Virus genome (UHGV): UHGV-1732480
DNA: 21,195 bases
Strand: one strand, 5' to 3'
Source: a virus
The notes beneath the pieces are model-generated. The model had not been told where the DNA came from. It worked only from the letters and a program-made list of their open reading frames with translations, and made no database searches. Below, in pieces: positions 12,356 through 21,064 of this stretch (its first letter is position 1; every line of letters begins with the position of its first letter). Made by a program: the position numbers and the translations under genes.

Positions 12356-13861
12356 TCATGGCATGGCCATGAGCATTTTCACGTCCGCATCACCGTCTGC
12401 TGACGTCTGTGACACGCCACCCCGCACCGCTGCCGGTGAATGATTCGCCATGAAATGTTCAAACAAGGCGGTTGTGGATGCAGAGACCGGTTCGGCCTTA
12501 CCTGATCCCGCAGCCAGCACAGCCCGGGCGTTCTCCACGGTCATTCCCGGGCAGGCCGCCAGTTTTTCAGCCTGCGCTTCTGCCCCTTTTGCCTCATCCA
12601 GGGCCATGATCTGATCACGAAGTGAGGGCCCGGCATTCGCCTGCGGTGAGGCAGCCAGGATCGGGCGGGCTTTTTCCACCGTCATCTCCGGCATCGCCGC
12701 CAGCGTTGCCGCCAGTTGTTCACGACCTTTCGCTTCTTCACACGCCATAATGCGATCGGCTTCACTCTGCGCGGATGCCACCGGCTGCTGTGGTGCCGCC
12801 GCGGCCAGAATCGCCCGGGCCTGTTCAATGCTCATGCCCTGTTGTCCTGCCAGCATCGTGGCAAGCTGTTCACGTCCTTTCGCTTCCTGACACGTCAGGA
12901 TCCCCATCACTCGCTGGTTCTCCTGCGCGGCAGCTTCCGTTGCAGTTAATTGCGGCATAGTGCCTCCTGTATCATGAGTGTTCAGCGCCGCAGCCATCAC
13001 GCTGATGGCATCCGACGCATTGATTAATTCATCCGCCAGTCCGGCCTTAATAGCGGACTGACCTTCAAAAACGGCAGCCTCTGTCCCCGTGACAGCTTCC
13101 ACAGACAGCCCCGTATACATCGCCACTTTTTCGGCAAACATCCGGTGCGCCGCATCAACCCGCTGCTGCATGTCCTGACGCACCTCTGCCGGTAAGGCTT
13201 CAAACTGATTGCCATCCACCTTGTGCGCCCCGGCATAAATCAGCGTGATATCCACCCCGGCCTGCGCCAGATGACCGGCATAGCTGACATGGCTCATCAT
13301 CACGCCAATGGAGCCGATACGGGATGTCTGGGTAACCAGCCGTCGGGAGCAGGCCGACGCCAGCAGCATGGCTGCAGAACAGGCCGTGTCATTGCACAGT
13401 GCCCAGACCGGCTTCTGCTGACGGAGGCGGTAAATCATGTCAGCGCAGTCAAACGCGCCGGCGGCCTGCCCGCCCGGACTGTCAATGTCCAGCAGTACGC
13501 CCCGCACCTGGCTATCTGCCATTGCCTGCTGAAGACAGGCGACAATGCCGTCATAGCCTGTCATTCCGGAAAATGGCCGCATACCGCCCAGCCGGTGCAC
13601 CAGCGTGCCGGTCACCGGCAGTACAGCAATACCGTTCACCACCCGGTAAACACGGGCCGGTCGTTTACCTCCGGCCATGTACTCGTCCGTTTCAGCCAGC
13701 ATTCCGGGAGCATCAAGCTGTACCTGCTGTTGTGGTACCGAAAGACTTGCTGCCCCCATCTCGCGCCCGAGCGCGCAAAAGAAAACCCGCGCATAGGCGG
13801 GCTCCAGAAGCAGCGGTTCATTGAATGCTGCGGCAATAATGTGTGAAAGATTACGTCTCAC
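12356..13861 (-). CDS. C: Head maturation protease C (S49/ClpP-like) with in-frame scaffold (Nu3-like) C-terminal region
   Basis: 501-aa ORF (GTG start) ...AAFNEPLLLEPAYARVFFCAL... matches recalled lambda gpC. The C-terminal third carries three tandem copies of an approximately 35-50 aa motif. Confidence 0.88.
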   Translation of the reverse strand: MRRNLSHIIAAAFNEPLLLEPAYARVFFCALGREMGAASLSVPQQQVQLDAPGMLAETDEYMAGGKRPARVYRVVNGIAVLPVTGTLVHRLGGMRPFSGMTGYDGIVACLQQAMADSQVRGVLLDIDSPGGQAAGAFDCADMIYRLRQQKPVWALCNDTACSAAMLLASACSRRLVTQTSRIGSIGVMMSHVSYAGHLAQAGVDITLIYAGAHKVDGNQFEALPAEVRQDMQQRVDAAHRMFAEKVAMYTGLSVEAVTGTEAAVFEGQSAIKAGLADELINASDAISVMAAALNTHDTGGTMPQLTATEAAAQENQRVMGILTCQEAKGREQLATMLAGQQGMSIEQARAILAAAAPQQPVASAQSEADRIMACEEAKGREQLAATLAAMPEMTVEKARPILAASPQANAGPSLRDQIMALDEAKGAEAQAEKLAACPGMTVENARAVLAAGSGKAEPVSASTTALFEHFMANHSPAAVRGGVSQTSADGDADVKMLMAMP

Positions 13862-15443
13862 GTGGTGTTGTCTCCTCTTCCGGCCTGCGACTCTCCGCTA
13901 TCTGCTGCTGATACGCCTGCGCTATCCACACCGGACGTGAGAGTCCGGCTTTTTCCCGCTCTGCAGATTCCCTGACCTGCTGGCGGAAAATGTCCTGATA
14001 ATCCTCGCCCATCAGCGCCAGCTCTTTCTCATACGTGCTCAGTCCGGCCTCAATGCGCATCACTGATTCCTGAACCTCCTTGAGCCCGTCAATGGCCATT
14101 CTTCCGGCTCCAATCCACTCAGCCCGTGACCAGGCTGATCGCGCCTGATAAAAATTAAAACGTGCCCGTGGCGGACGAATAATCCCCCGAAGAAGTGCCT
14201 CTTCCAGCCAGCAGGAAAACATCTGCGTGGCCAGCCGGGACGCAATAAATTTTCGCCGCCCCATAAAATAGCGCCACGACTCATTGGCGGATGCGCGGGC
14301 ACTTGAATAACTGACCTTCGAGTAATCACGGGACAACTGTTCGTAGGAAACGCCAAGACCGGCGGCGATATACCGCAGCAGCGCCTGTTCAAGCGCCGAA
14401 AATCCATTGTCTGAATCCTGCGCGGTCTGAAGTTTCAGATCATCACCGGGGAAAAGGTGCGGAATTTTGACACCGCCCAGCGTCACGCTATTCGTGTCAT
14501 ACCAGGTGGAGAACTTATCCAGAATATTAATAAGCGGATTATCCTTCTGCCCCTGCGGCGCACCGGCGATATATTCAAAGGCCTTTTCGGTATCAAGGTC
14601 ACTTTCAATCGTCGCTGCATACATCGCCTTCACTATGGCCGACTGAAGCTGTGTTGCCTGCAGGGAATCGAGCATCTTCAGCCGTTCCATTACGCTGTAA
14701 AACTGATTGGCTCCACGGGTCTGCCCGTCCTCCACCGGCTCGAAAATATGCAGCATGGCCGGACGCCCGGTGGGAAGTTCACGCGGGATCCGTTCCCATC
14801 GTCCACTCCCGGAGAACGGAAAATCATCCTCACAGATATGGTACGCAACGGCACGACCATATCGATCGACCTCCACACCGGCCCGCAGAAAACGGTTCCC
14901 CATACCGTGTCCTGGCGTGTCCACCCGTTTCGGACTCACGGCTTTAAAACGCGTACGAAACAGTTGCGTGCTCTCCGTATCCCAGACCGGCTGCACAAAG
15001 ATTTCGCCGTTAAACGCATGAACGCCCACACCTTCACGGATAAATTCCGTAAACGTGCGTTTCCCTTCCACGTCGATCTCGCCAAACATCCCTTCGGCGT
15101 ATTCCGACCAGGCCGCCTCCACCTCATCGACAAAACTTTTTGCCGCAGTCTCCCGCATCCCCAGCCAGCGCCAGTTCGGACGGTAGCTGATCAGAAACAT
15201 ATGCCCGACAATATGATCCTTATGCAGGGCCACCGCATTAGCCGCTATCCCGTTATTGCGCACCAGATCATCTGCCCGGGCATTCCCCAGACGCAACGCA
15301 GGCAGCAGGGCTGCATCGGCACTCTGCGCCGGTGGCAACCACTCCGCCATTTGCCCGCCAAATCCTGCGCCGCCCCCGTTGTAGCTGAGACTCTCACGAA
15401 GCGGAACGCCGTTCACATCAATCAGGACAGGCGTTCGTTTCAT
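13851..15443 (-). CDS. B: Portal protein B
   Basis: 530-aa ORF ...FEPVEDGQTRGANQFYSVMERLKMLDSLQATQLQSAIVKAMYAATIESDLD... matches recalled lambda gpB. Confidence 0.93.
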   Translation of the reverse strand: MKRTPVLIDVNGVPLRESLSYNGGGAGFGGQMAEWLPPAQSADAALLPALRLGNARADDLVRNNGIAANAVALHKDHIVGHMFLISYRPNWRWLGMRETAAKSFVDEVEAAWSEYAEGMFGEIDVEGKRTFTEFIREGVGVHAFNGEIFVQPVWDTESTQLFRTRFKAVSPKRVDTPGHGMGNRFLRAGVEVDRYGRAVAYHICEDDFPFSGSGRWERIPRELPTGRPAMLHIFEPVEDGQTRGANQFYSVMERLKMLDSLQATQLQSAIVKAMYAATIESDLDTEKAFEYIAGAPQGQKDNPLINILDKFSTWYDTNSVTLGGVKIPHLFPGDDLKLQTAQDSDNGFSALEQALLRYIAAGLGVSYEQLSRDYSKVSYSSARASANESWRYFMGRRKFIASRLATQMFSCWLEEALLRGIIRPPRARFNFYQARSAWSRAEWIGAGRMAIDGLKEVQESVMRIEAGLSTYEKELALMGEDYQDIFRQQVRESAEREKAGLSRPVWIAQAYQQQIAESRRPEEETTPRET

Positions 15444-15646
15444 AACCTCACTCCCAGCGGACGACGGCGACGTCGGGTTGTCCCCAGTACCGACTCCGCA
15501 TCATTGATCGCCCGGTTAAGCTCATCCAGAGAAGCCTCCGTATATTCAATTCTGCGACCATCTTTCTGGACAGACACCACCCGTTTACCGGTTAATAAAT
15601 CAAGGCGCGCCTGACGCAGCGCCTGCAGTTCAGCGACTGTAACCAT
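15440..15646 (-). CDS. W: Head-tail joining protein W
   Basis: 68-aa ORF MVTVAELQALRQARLDLLTGKRVVSVQKDGRRIEYTEASL... matches recalled lambda gpW. Confidence 0.9.
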   Translation of the reverse strand: MVTVAELQALRQARLDLLTGKRVVSVQKDGRRIEYTEASLDELNRAINDAESVLGTTRRRRRPLGVRL

Positions 15647-17481
15647 TCACTCCTCCGGACAGCTTCGCTGCCAGTTCTTTAAGGGTTGGCCGGGTCGTCT
15701 CTTCTTCCCGGGATTTTGCCAGTACAGCCAGATCAAGCTGCCAGCGTTGCACGGACACACGTAATGCCGCATAGGCATACACCAGGCAGTCCAGCGCTTC
15801 GTTACGCCGCTTTTTGTTATCCCACAGCAGACGCATCTTTCCTTTTTCCCACTTCTCCACAAGCTCTTCCGCGACCAGTTGCTGCGCCTCTGTCTGCGAA
15901 AAAATCTCCGGATCATCAGGAAAACGGATGGCATACGACGTGGCTTCATCCGCAGGAGTGGGATCGGCTTTCATACGGGCATAGAGAATTTCTTTTGCGG
16001 TGTCCGTCCCCACTTCACACAGATACACGCCCCGCTGATTGCGGGTTTTCGGCATGGTGATCACCGGCTTGCCATAGACAGATGCGCCTTTTACCGGCAG
16101 CACCCGGAAAACACCGTGTTTTTTTGACCTCTGATAGACAATTTCACCATCGATCCCCCCGGTGTCCCAGCAGACACGGGAAATGGTCATTTCGGTTCCG
16201 TCTGCATGGCAGTATTTTTTGTTGATCGCCGCATCCACACGTAACAGCGTCTCTTCCTCATCGGGACGGCCCATAATGATGATTTTATCCACCAGAAAAG
16301 CTTCCTCTCCCGGTGCCCATCCCCAGACATACATCTCAAAACGGTTTCGCTGCGAGTCAATGCCCGCCGTCAGATAAACCACCCGGGCTGGCACCGCCGC
16401 CGTGTAATGCACGACCTTATCCATCAGTACCTGGTGATCGAGTTTTTCGCCCACGGCCTCTTCCCAGGTCTCGCCCAGCGTGGTGTTCACAAAGGTTTTC
16501 AGGCCGTTGGGATCTTTCAGTGCATCCAGCCAGTCATAGACTATCTGTACCCAGGTGGTGAACGGACTGTACGCCGTCCAGATATGGAACGTGATGGAGC
16601 GCGGCGGCGGAATTTCATTATCCGCGGCGCTGAAAAACGTCAGACCGTCACGGGTCCACATCCCCGTGTTTTCACAGATCCTTACACCGCAGATTTCGCG
16701 TACACCGCTCTTGTAAGCACGCCATGCACTTCCGCAGATACTGCGCCTCCCCACAGTGCGGGCAGGGCACATAGAAACGCATGAAATGCGCCGACTCGTT
16801 GGCCGCTTTTTCGATCTGGCAGGTGCCTTTGATTTTAGGCGTCGAGCCGCGAATGGATTTGGGCCATACAGAGCCCTCAATACGTTTATCCCCAAGCAGG
16901 GTTGGCGACCCCTCTTTTTCGACATCCGGTTCGAACGAGGAAAGTTCGTCATAGCAGACCACGTCCACGGATTTTTCACGGTAGTTTTTAGCGGCAGCCC
17001 CGCCCAGGCACCAGAAGCCCACGCCCGATGAAAAACGTTTCAGCGTGAGGGTATTATCACGATGTTTACGCCCAAACCACGGTGCAAGATCGAGTAAAAC
17101 CGGCACATCCCTGATCGTGGGTTCCACATGAGATTTCATAAAATCTTCAGCAGCAGAATCCGTGGGCTGGAAAAGAAGGCTGTTGCGTGATTTATGCTCA
17201 ATAAAATAAGCCTCCACTCCCAGCAACATCTTTGTATAACCAACACGGGCAGATTTAATCAGATTAACAGTGCGGATCCGGTCATTCCCCATGCTGTTCA
17301 TGATGGCAACCTGAAACGGCAGTGTTTCCCACCGCCCCGGGGTGTAAGATGACTCTTTCGGAAGGTAATAATGTCGATCTGCCCACTGAACTGTCGTCAG
17401 AGGGACAGGAATTTTTAGCGCAAGGAGGCCGGTTGCTATCGCTCCTGCAGAATTAGCCGCCCTCAGTTCGTCTGAAATCAT
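15630..17481 (-). pseudogene. A: Terminase large subunit A, split between two reading frames (frameshift in about 16681-16734)
   Basis: ORF 16672..17523 carries the lambda gpA-like N-terminal part (…WADRHYYLPKES…RWETLPFQ…PCPHCGEAQYL) and ends in a stop. ORF 15630..16979, in another frame, carries the C-terminal part (ICENTGMWTRDG…ALDCLVYAYAALR). Start set at ATG 17481 (MISDEL…). Confidence 0.75.
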
Positions 17482-18001
17482 CAATCCACCTGCGCACATT
17501 CTCACCGGCTTCAGAAGCCACATCGGATGCTTTCGCGATTTCAGTTTTCACAGCATCAAGATGTACGGGTGATATATCAGGGTATTTACGCTGCAGTGTC
17601 TGAGGGACACGGACAAGGATCCCTGATATATTCTGTGCCACTCGCTGAAAGATGTAGGTAAATAACTCCGTCTCGAGGACAAGGCCTTCCTCACGAGCAT
17701 TTTTCAGCTCCTGTGCATCGGCCTGTGCCTTCGTCAGTCGGTAACGTTCGTAATCAATGGTGCAGGGCTGAAGGTCTGATTCGCTGGCAGCCCTCAAATC
17801 CTCGATCTCTTTACGGAGTTTTTCGTTTTCAATATCAGCTTCCCTCTGCGCATACCACTGAATGGCAGCAGTTGTATCAAAAACTGATTCAGTCCCTTTC
17901 CCTCCACCAGAAACTAGTGGTAACCCCTGACTCTGCCAGGCGGTGATGGTCCTGACATCAACGCCAAAAATATCGGCCAGTTTTTTCTTATTGACGTTCA
18001 T
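17453..18001 (-). CDS. Nu1: Terminase small subunit Nu1
   Basis: 182-aa [39 protein letters not shown]... matches recalled lambda Nu1; 3' end overlaps A start as in lambda. Confidence 0.93.
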   Translation of the reverse strand: MNVNKKKLADIFGVDVRTITAWQSQGLPLVSGGGKGTESVFDTTAAIQWYAQREADIENEKLRKEIEDLRAASESDLQPCTIDYERYRLTKAQADAQELKNAREEGLVLETELFTYIFQRVAQNISGILVRVPQTLQRKYPDISPVHLDAVKTEIAKASDVASEAGENVRRWIDDFRRTEGG

Positions 18002-18190
18002 ACACTCCCCCGGGAACCAGAAAGGATCTGAAAATGGCGTTTTCTAACAAAAACAGCCTTTGTCAGATCCTTTTATATTTTTAAAATTCTATTGATAATC
18101 AATCAGTTAAAAAGAAGAAGAACGGATCTGATTTTTCCCTAAAAATTTTCATAAATAGCGAAAACCCGCGAGGTCGCCGCCCCGTAACCG
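18002..18190 (-). other. cos: cos site: cosB (18002-18164), cosN with the lambda 12-nt cohesive-end sequence (18171-18182), and cosQ-side flank
   Basis: Plus strand CATAAATAGCGAAAACCCGCGAGGTCGCCGCCC is the reverse complement of the lambda left end GGGCGGCGACCTCGCGGGTTTTCGCTATTTATG, sitting immediately upstream of Nu1. Confidence 0.9.
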
Positions 18191-18388
18191 GTCGGATCGC
18201 CGGAAAGGACCCACGAAATGATAATTATTATCATCTATATAAGGTTTATCACAACATGTGTGTACGCCATCAAACCACGAGAAATAATCAATTATGACGC
18301 AGGTATCGTATTAATTGATCTGCGTCAAATTAACGTAAAAGCAACTTCAGATAATACAAATCAGCAACACTGAATATGGGGAAACATT

Positions 18389-18574
18389 ATGTCATCAAAG
18401 AACAGAACCCGCAGAACAACAACCCGCAACATCCGATTTCCAAACCAGATGATTGAACAAATTAACATCGCTCTTGATCTGAAAGGTTCAGGAAACTTTT
18501 CAGCGTGGGTTATTGAAGCCTGCAGAAGAAGGCTGTCAACAGAGAGTTCGGGTATGAATTACATAATTAAGTAA
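18389..18574 (+). CDS. Small (61 aa) predicted ribbon-helix-helix-like DNA-binding protein, unknown role
   Basis: ORF with GGGGAA 6 nt upstream of ATG. Basic N-terminal arm, then beta-strand-like RNIRFPNQ, helix, G-x-S/N turn (KGSGNFS), helix: an RHH-like pattern. Opposite strand to the late genes, in the AT-rich island. Confidence 0.5.
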   Translation: MSSKNRTRRTTTRNIRFPNQMIEQINIALDLKGSGNFSAWVIEACRRRLSTESSGMNYIIK

Positions 18575-18706
18575 CATGGTGTTCACAGAACACGCAGTTA
18601 CCGGACACATCAGTTTTCCATTCGCTCCCTGGCAGTACAGGCTTCCCCTCTGACGGGATAGCCTGAAAAAATAACACAGAAAATTATTTGTTATAATTAA
18701 TATAAC

Positions 18707-18847
18707 TTACTCAAAAAAAAGCGACGAGAAAATCAGCATCAACGAACAATAAGCGCCAATACGTGATAACAAATGGCAGCCATATTTATCTGCAGTATAA
18801 GCAATGGACAGGATAACCACTCCAGAAACCGTCAGCATAAAATCCAT
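18707..18847 (-). CDS. Small (46 aa) hydrophobic ORF, possible small membrane protein
   Basis: My translation MDFMLTVSGVVILSIAYTADKYGCHLLSRIGAYCSLMLIFSSLFFE; GGGGAAG 6 nt upstream of ATG; AT-rich context where chance ORFs are less common. Below the ORF-track cutoff. Confidence 0.3.
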   Translation of the reverse strand: MDFMLTVSGVVILSIAYTADKYGCHLLSRIGAYCSLMLIFSSLFFE

Positions 18848-19197
18848 TTGAACTTCCCCGGACAAAATCGACTCATCTAAAGATTTACAGCTCTTTTTAT
18901 TATCAATATGTTAAAAGTAAAATAAACAGATGTTCAATAACACGAATACAAAAACGTGCTGAAATTCAATGAATCCATTTCTGTGTCATCAATTAATAGT
19001 GATAAACATCCGGCTTCTTCCACCATCGCACCGGACAGGCGACTATGAGGGGACAACGCCGCGCTCCGTTAACGCGGTAAACCCCGGTGTGTGTCGTTTT
19101 TGATTATCCCCGCACACTCGCGCAGAGGAGTCTCCCTGTCGGGCTGCGGTCTCTGTTAATGCGGGGATACGGCGACAATACCGCGCATCAGCAAAAC

Positions 19198-19671
19198 CTA
19201 TTTCAGGCACTGAGTGCGGATATAGTCCTGCGCCCCTTCCAGCTGCTTCTGCATCAGCATCAACCGTTCTCTGAGAGTGAAATAATCCCGTTCAGCGGTG
19301 TCTGCCAGTTGGGGGCCGGTTGCATTATCCACGCGGGCGGTGCCGGTGGCTTCACGCACGGGACCTGGACAGGTGGCGTTGATACGCAGGCGCTTACGAC
19401 CAGCGGCAACGTCAGCGCGAAGAGTTTCATTTTCAGCTCTCGCATCGGCTAATTCCCTCGAGTATTTTGCATCGAGCGCAGCAACATCGCGCTGGCGCAC
19501 CTGCATATCAGTAATGGTTGCGTTCGCCAGCTTCAGTTCACTGGCTTTGTTATCGCGCTGCGCTTTGTAGGTAATCGCGTTATCACGGTAATGGTCTGTT
19601 GCCATCCACAGCGCTCCACAGGCCACCAGCAGAATAACGATAAACGCGGAAAGCATTCGGTTTATGTTCAC
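19198..19671 (-). CDS. Rz: i-spanin Rz
   Basis: 157-aa ORF with N-terminal TM and ...[45 protein letters not shown]... matching recalled lambda Rz. Confidence 0.9.
   Translation of the reverse strand: MNINRMLSAFIVILLVACGALWMATDHYRDNAITYKAQRDNKASELKLANATITDMQVRQRDVAALDAKYSRELADARAENETLRADVAAGRKRLRINATCPGPVREATGTARVDNATGPQLADTAERDYFTLRERLMLMQKQLEGAQDYIRTQCLK
19260..19445 (-). CDS. Rz1: o-spanin Rz1 (lipoprotein), embedded in the +1 frame of Rz
   Basis: 61-aa [23 protein letters not shown]... with lipobox VSAC and proline-rich [11 protein letters not shown], matching recalled lambda Rz1. Confidence 0.85.
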   Translation of the reverse strand: MRELKMKLFALTLPLVVSACVSTPPVQVPCVKPPAPPAWIMQPAPNWQTPLNGIISLSENG

Positions 19672-19799
19672 CCCAGCAGCCCCGACGAAGACAACATCAT
19701 CCAGGCCATGGAAAGAAAAAGAGCAACCAGCATTAGTGAAAATGAAATGCCGACAATTACACAGAGGATCTTCGCCAGCGTTATGAGTTTGTCTGACAT
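19668..19799 (-). CDS. Small (43 aa) single-pass membrane protein, unknown function
   Basis: ATG at 19799 preceded by AAGGGAGGA; protein [43 protein letters not shown]; its stop overlaps the GTG start of Rz (GTGA), suggesting translational coupling. Confidence 0.5.
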   Translation of the reverse strand: MSDKLITLAKILCVIVGISFSLMLVALFLSMAWMMLSSSGLLG

Positions 19800-19813
19800 G
19801 CTTAATCCTCCCT

Positions 19814-19996
19814 TCACGATTTCAACGCAATGACCAGTTTTGCCAGCCCATACAGCATCGGGGACACAGCAACACCGACCGCCACCCACTTAATGGCAAA
19901 AGCCAGTGCTCTGCTGATGTCATCAGTTACAGGCGCTTTCAGTTCAAGGCCGTTTTTCATAGTCAACCTCAACAGAATTCGTTTATACTTTTCCAT
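19814..19996 (-). CDS. Small (about 60 aa) protein with charged N-terminus and C-terminal hydrophobic segment, unknown function
   Basis: [60 protein letters not shown]; AGGGAG upstream. Start uncertain (GTG 20029, ATG 19996 or ATG 19960). Its 3' end holds the SD of the downstream 43-aa ORF. Confidence 0.4.
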   Translation of the reverse strand: MEKYKRILLRLTMKNGLELKAPVTDDISRALAFAIKWVAVGVAVSPMLYGLAKLVIALKS

Positions 19997-20030
19997 GTTC
20001 TCCCTTGCCTTATCCAAGGTCAGAAACACA

Positions 20031-20070
20031 AAACCCCGCTTGCAGCCAACAAACGGGGTTTTTACTTTTA
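20031..20070. terminator. Hairpin with flanking A- and T-tracts (CCCCG...CGGGG stem); intrinsic-terminator-like in both orientations, downstream of R
   Basis: Plus strand AAACCCCGCTTGCAGCCAACAAACGGGGTTTTTACTTTT; on the minus strand the stem is followed by TTTTGTGTTT. Confidence 0.45.
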
Positions 20071-20152
20071 TTCACTTAGGTTTTGCCAGTTCTCAGGATT
20101 TCGTGTTATCCGTCCGCATTAGCCAACGTCATTTTTCAACAAAATATTCTGC

Positions 20153-20686
20153 TTATTTGTCAATTCCCCAGCACGCCAGCGCGCTCTCCTGGTCACGCCG
20201 TGAGACCTGTCCATAGCAGTTATTTGAACGAATACGGCAGTCTCTGCCACCGTCCTTAATCCACCAGCGAATCGCCTCACATGCTCCCCTGCGATCGCCA
20301 GCATTAATTCGTCTGTAAAACGTCGACGGGAAACACTTACCGGGACCAATGTTGTACGGACAGAATGACGCGATCCCCGCTTTCTGGGGTTCGGTCAATG
20401 GCACTTTGATGTTTTTCTCCACCCATGCCAGCGCCTTATCACGCTCAATGGCGTTAACCCGGTCGCATTTTTCCTTCGACAACTTCATGCCCGGAACGAC
20501 AGGTTTGCCATCCACCAGGATGGCACCGCGGCAGATGGTCCAGATACCCGCGCCATCACGGTATGCCGTGGTGTGGTTACCTTCCTTTTCATCCAGAAAC
20601 TGGTCGAGAATGTCAGGCGCAGGCGCACCAGCGGCAATCAGCGCCAGAACGGCAGCCGACAGGCCGTATCTGATTTTTGCGTTCAT
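20153..20686 (-). CDS. R: Endolysin R, T4-lysozyme-like (GH24) with N-terminal SAR (signal-anchor-release) domain
   Basis: 177-aa ORF MNAKIRYGLSAAVLALIAAGAPAP...EGNHTTAYRDGAGIWTICRG... The hydrophobic, Gly/Ala-rich N-terminus is typical of SAR endolysins; resembles the lysozyme of Qin/933W-type prophages as I recall it. Confidence 0.9.
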   Translation of the reverse strand: MNAKIRYGLSAAVLALIAAGAPAPDILDQFLDEKEGNHTTAYRDGAGIWTICRGAILVDGKPVVPGMKLSKEKCDRVNAIERDKALAWVEKNIKVPLTEPQKAGIASFCPYNIGPGKCFPSTFYRRINAGDRRGACEAIRWWIKDGGRDCRIRSNNCYGQVSRRDQESALACWGIDK

Positions 20687-20791
20687 GGATATTTATCAGG
20701 ATTTATCGGTTTCTGAGCCCTGGATATGTTTATCAGTTCCAGCCTGTTGCCTCAGGCTGCTAACAGGTCAATACAATCATGAGGATTATTT

Positions 20792-21064
20792 ATGGACAAT
20801 AACACCATTTCTCTACAGGAGTTGCTCGACAGCATTTCCAGGCTTCGGGAAGACGTGAATACCCTTACCGTCGCCTTCTCATATCTGGCATTCTCAATTC
20901 CAAGGGAACAGATGCAATCAACGCTGGCATCAATCCAGTTTGAATCATGCAATCCCAAATGGTCTCAGGAACAACAAGACTCTTTCAGGCGGCTTGCTGT
21001 ATTACTGGATGAAAAATATGCTGGTAAAATTACCATTTCGGCGGACTCTTCAGAGAACCCGTAA
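20792..21064 (+). CDS. Hypothetical 90-aa protein, divergent from R
   Basis: ORF with GAGGA 7 nt upstream of ATG; weak hairpin plus T-run downstream (about 21098-21125); no TM segment; no homolog recognised. Confidence 0.4.
   Translation: MDNNTISLQELLDSISRLREDVNTLTVAFSYLAFSIPREQMQSTLASIQFESCNPKWSQEQQDSFRRLAVLLDEKYAGKITISADSSENP

Noticed and set aside
14457-15614. 385-aa plus-strand ORF
   Set aside because: Antisense to the portal gene B.
16756-16979. Upstream part of ORF 15630..16979 (start MKNPWTW...) treated as an independent long gene
   Set aside because: Upstream of about 16740 this frame shows no terminase similarity; it is the out-of-frame continuation created by the frameshift in A.
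18218-18373. 51-codon plus-strand ORF beginning MIIIIIY
   Set aside because: Not called as a feature: the Ile run comes from the TGATAATTATTATCA palindrome and may be incidental. Kept as a caveat in the AT-rich island finding.
19087-19570. Plus-strand ORFs 19087..19452 and 19298..19570
   Set aside because: Antisense to Rz/Rz1.
19830-20858. Plus-strand ORFs 19830..20216 and 20349..20858
   Set aside because: They span the terminator hairpin or lie antisense to R.
20752-20958. 68-aa minus-strand ORF upstream of R as a possible holin
   Set aside because: The translation is not hydrophobic, has no TM segments, and lies antisense inside the better-supported plus-strand ORF.
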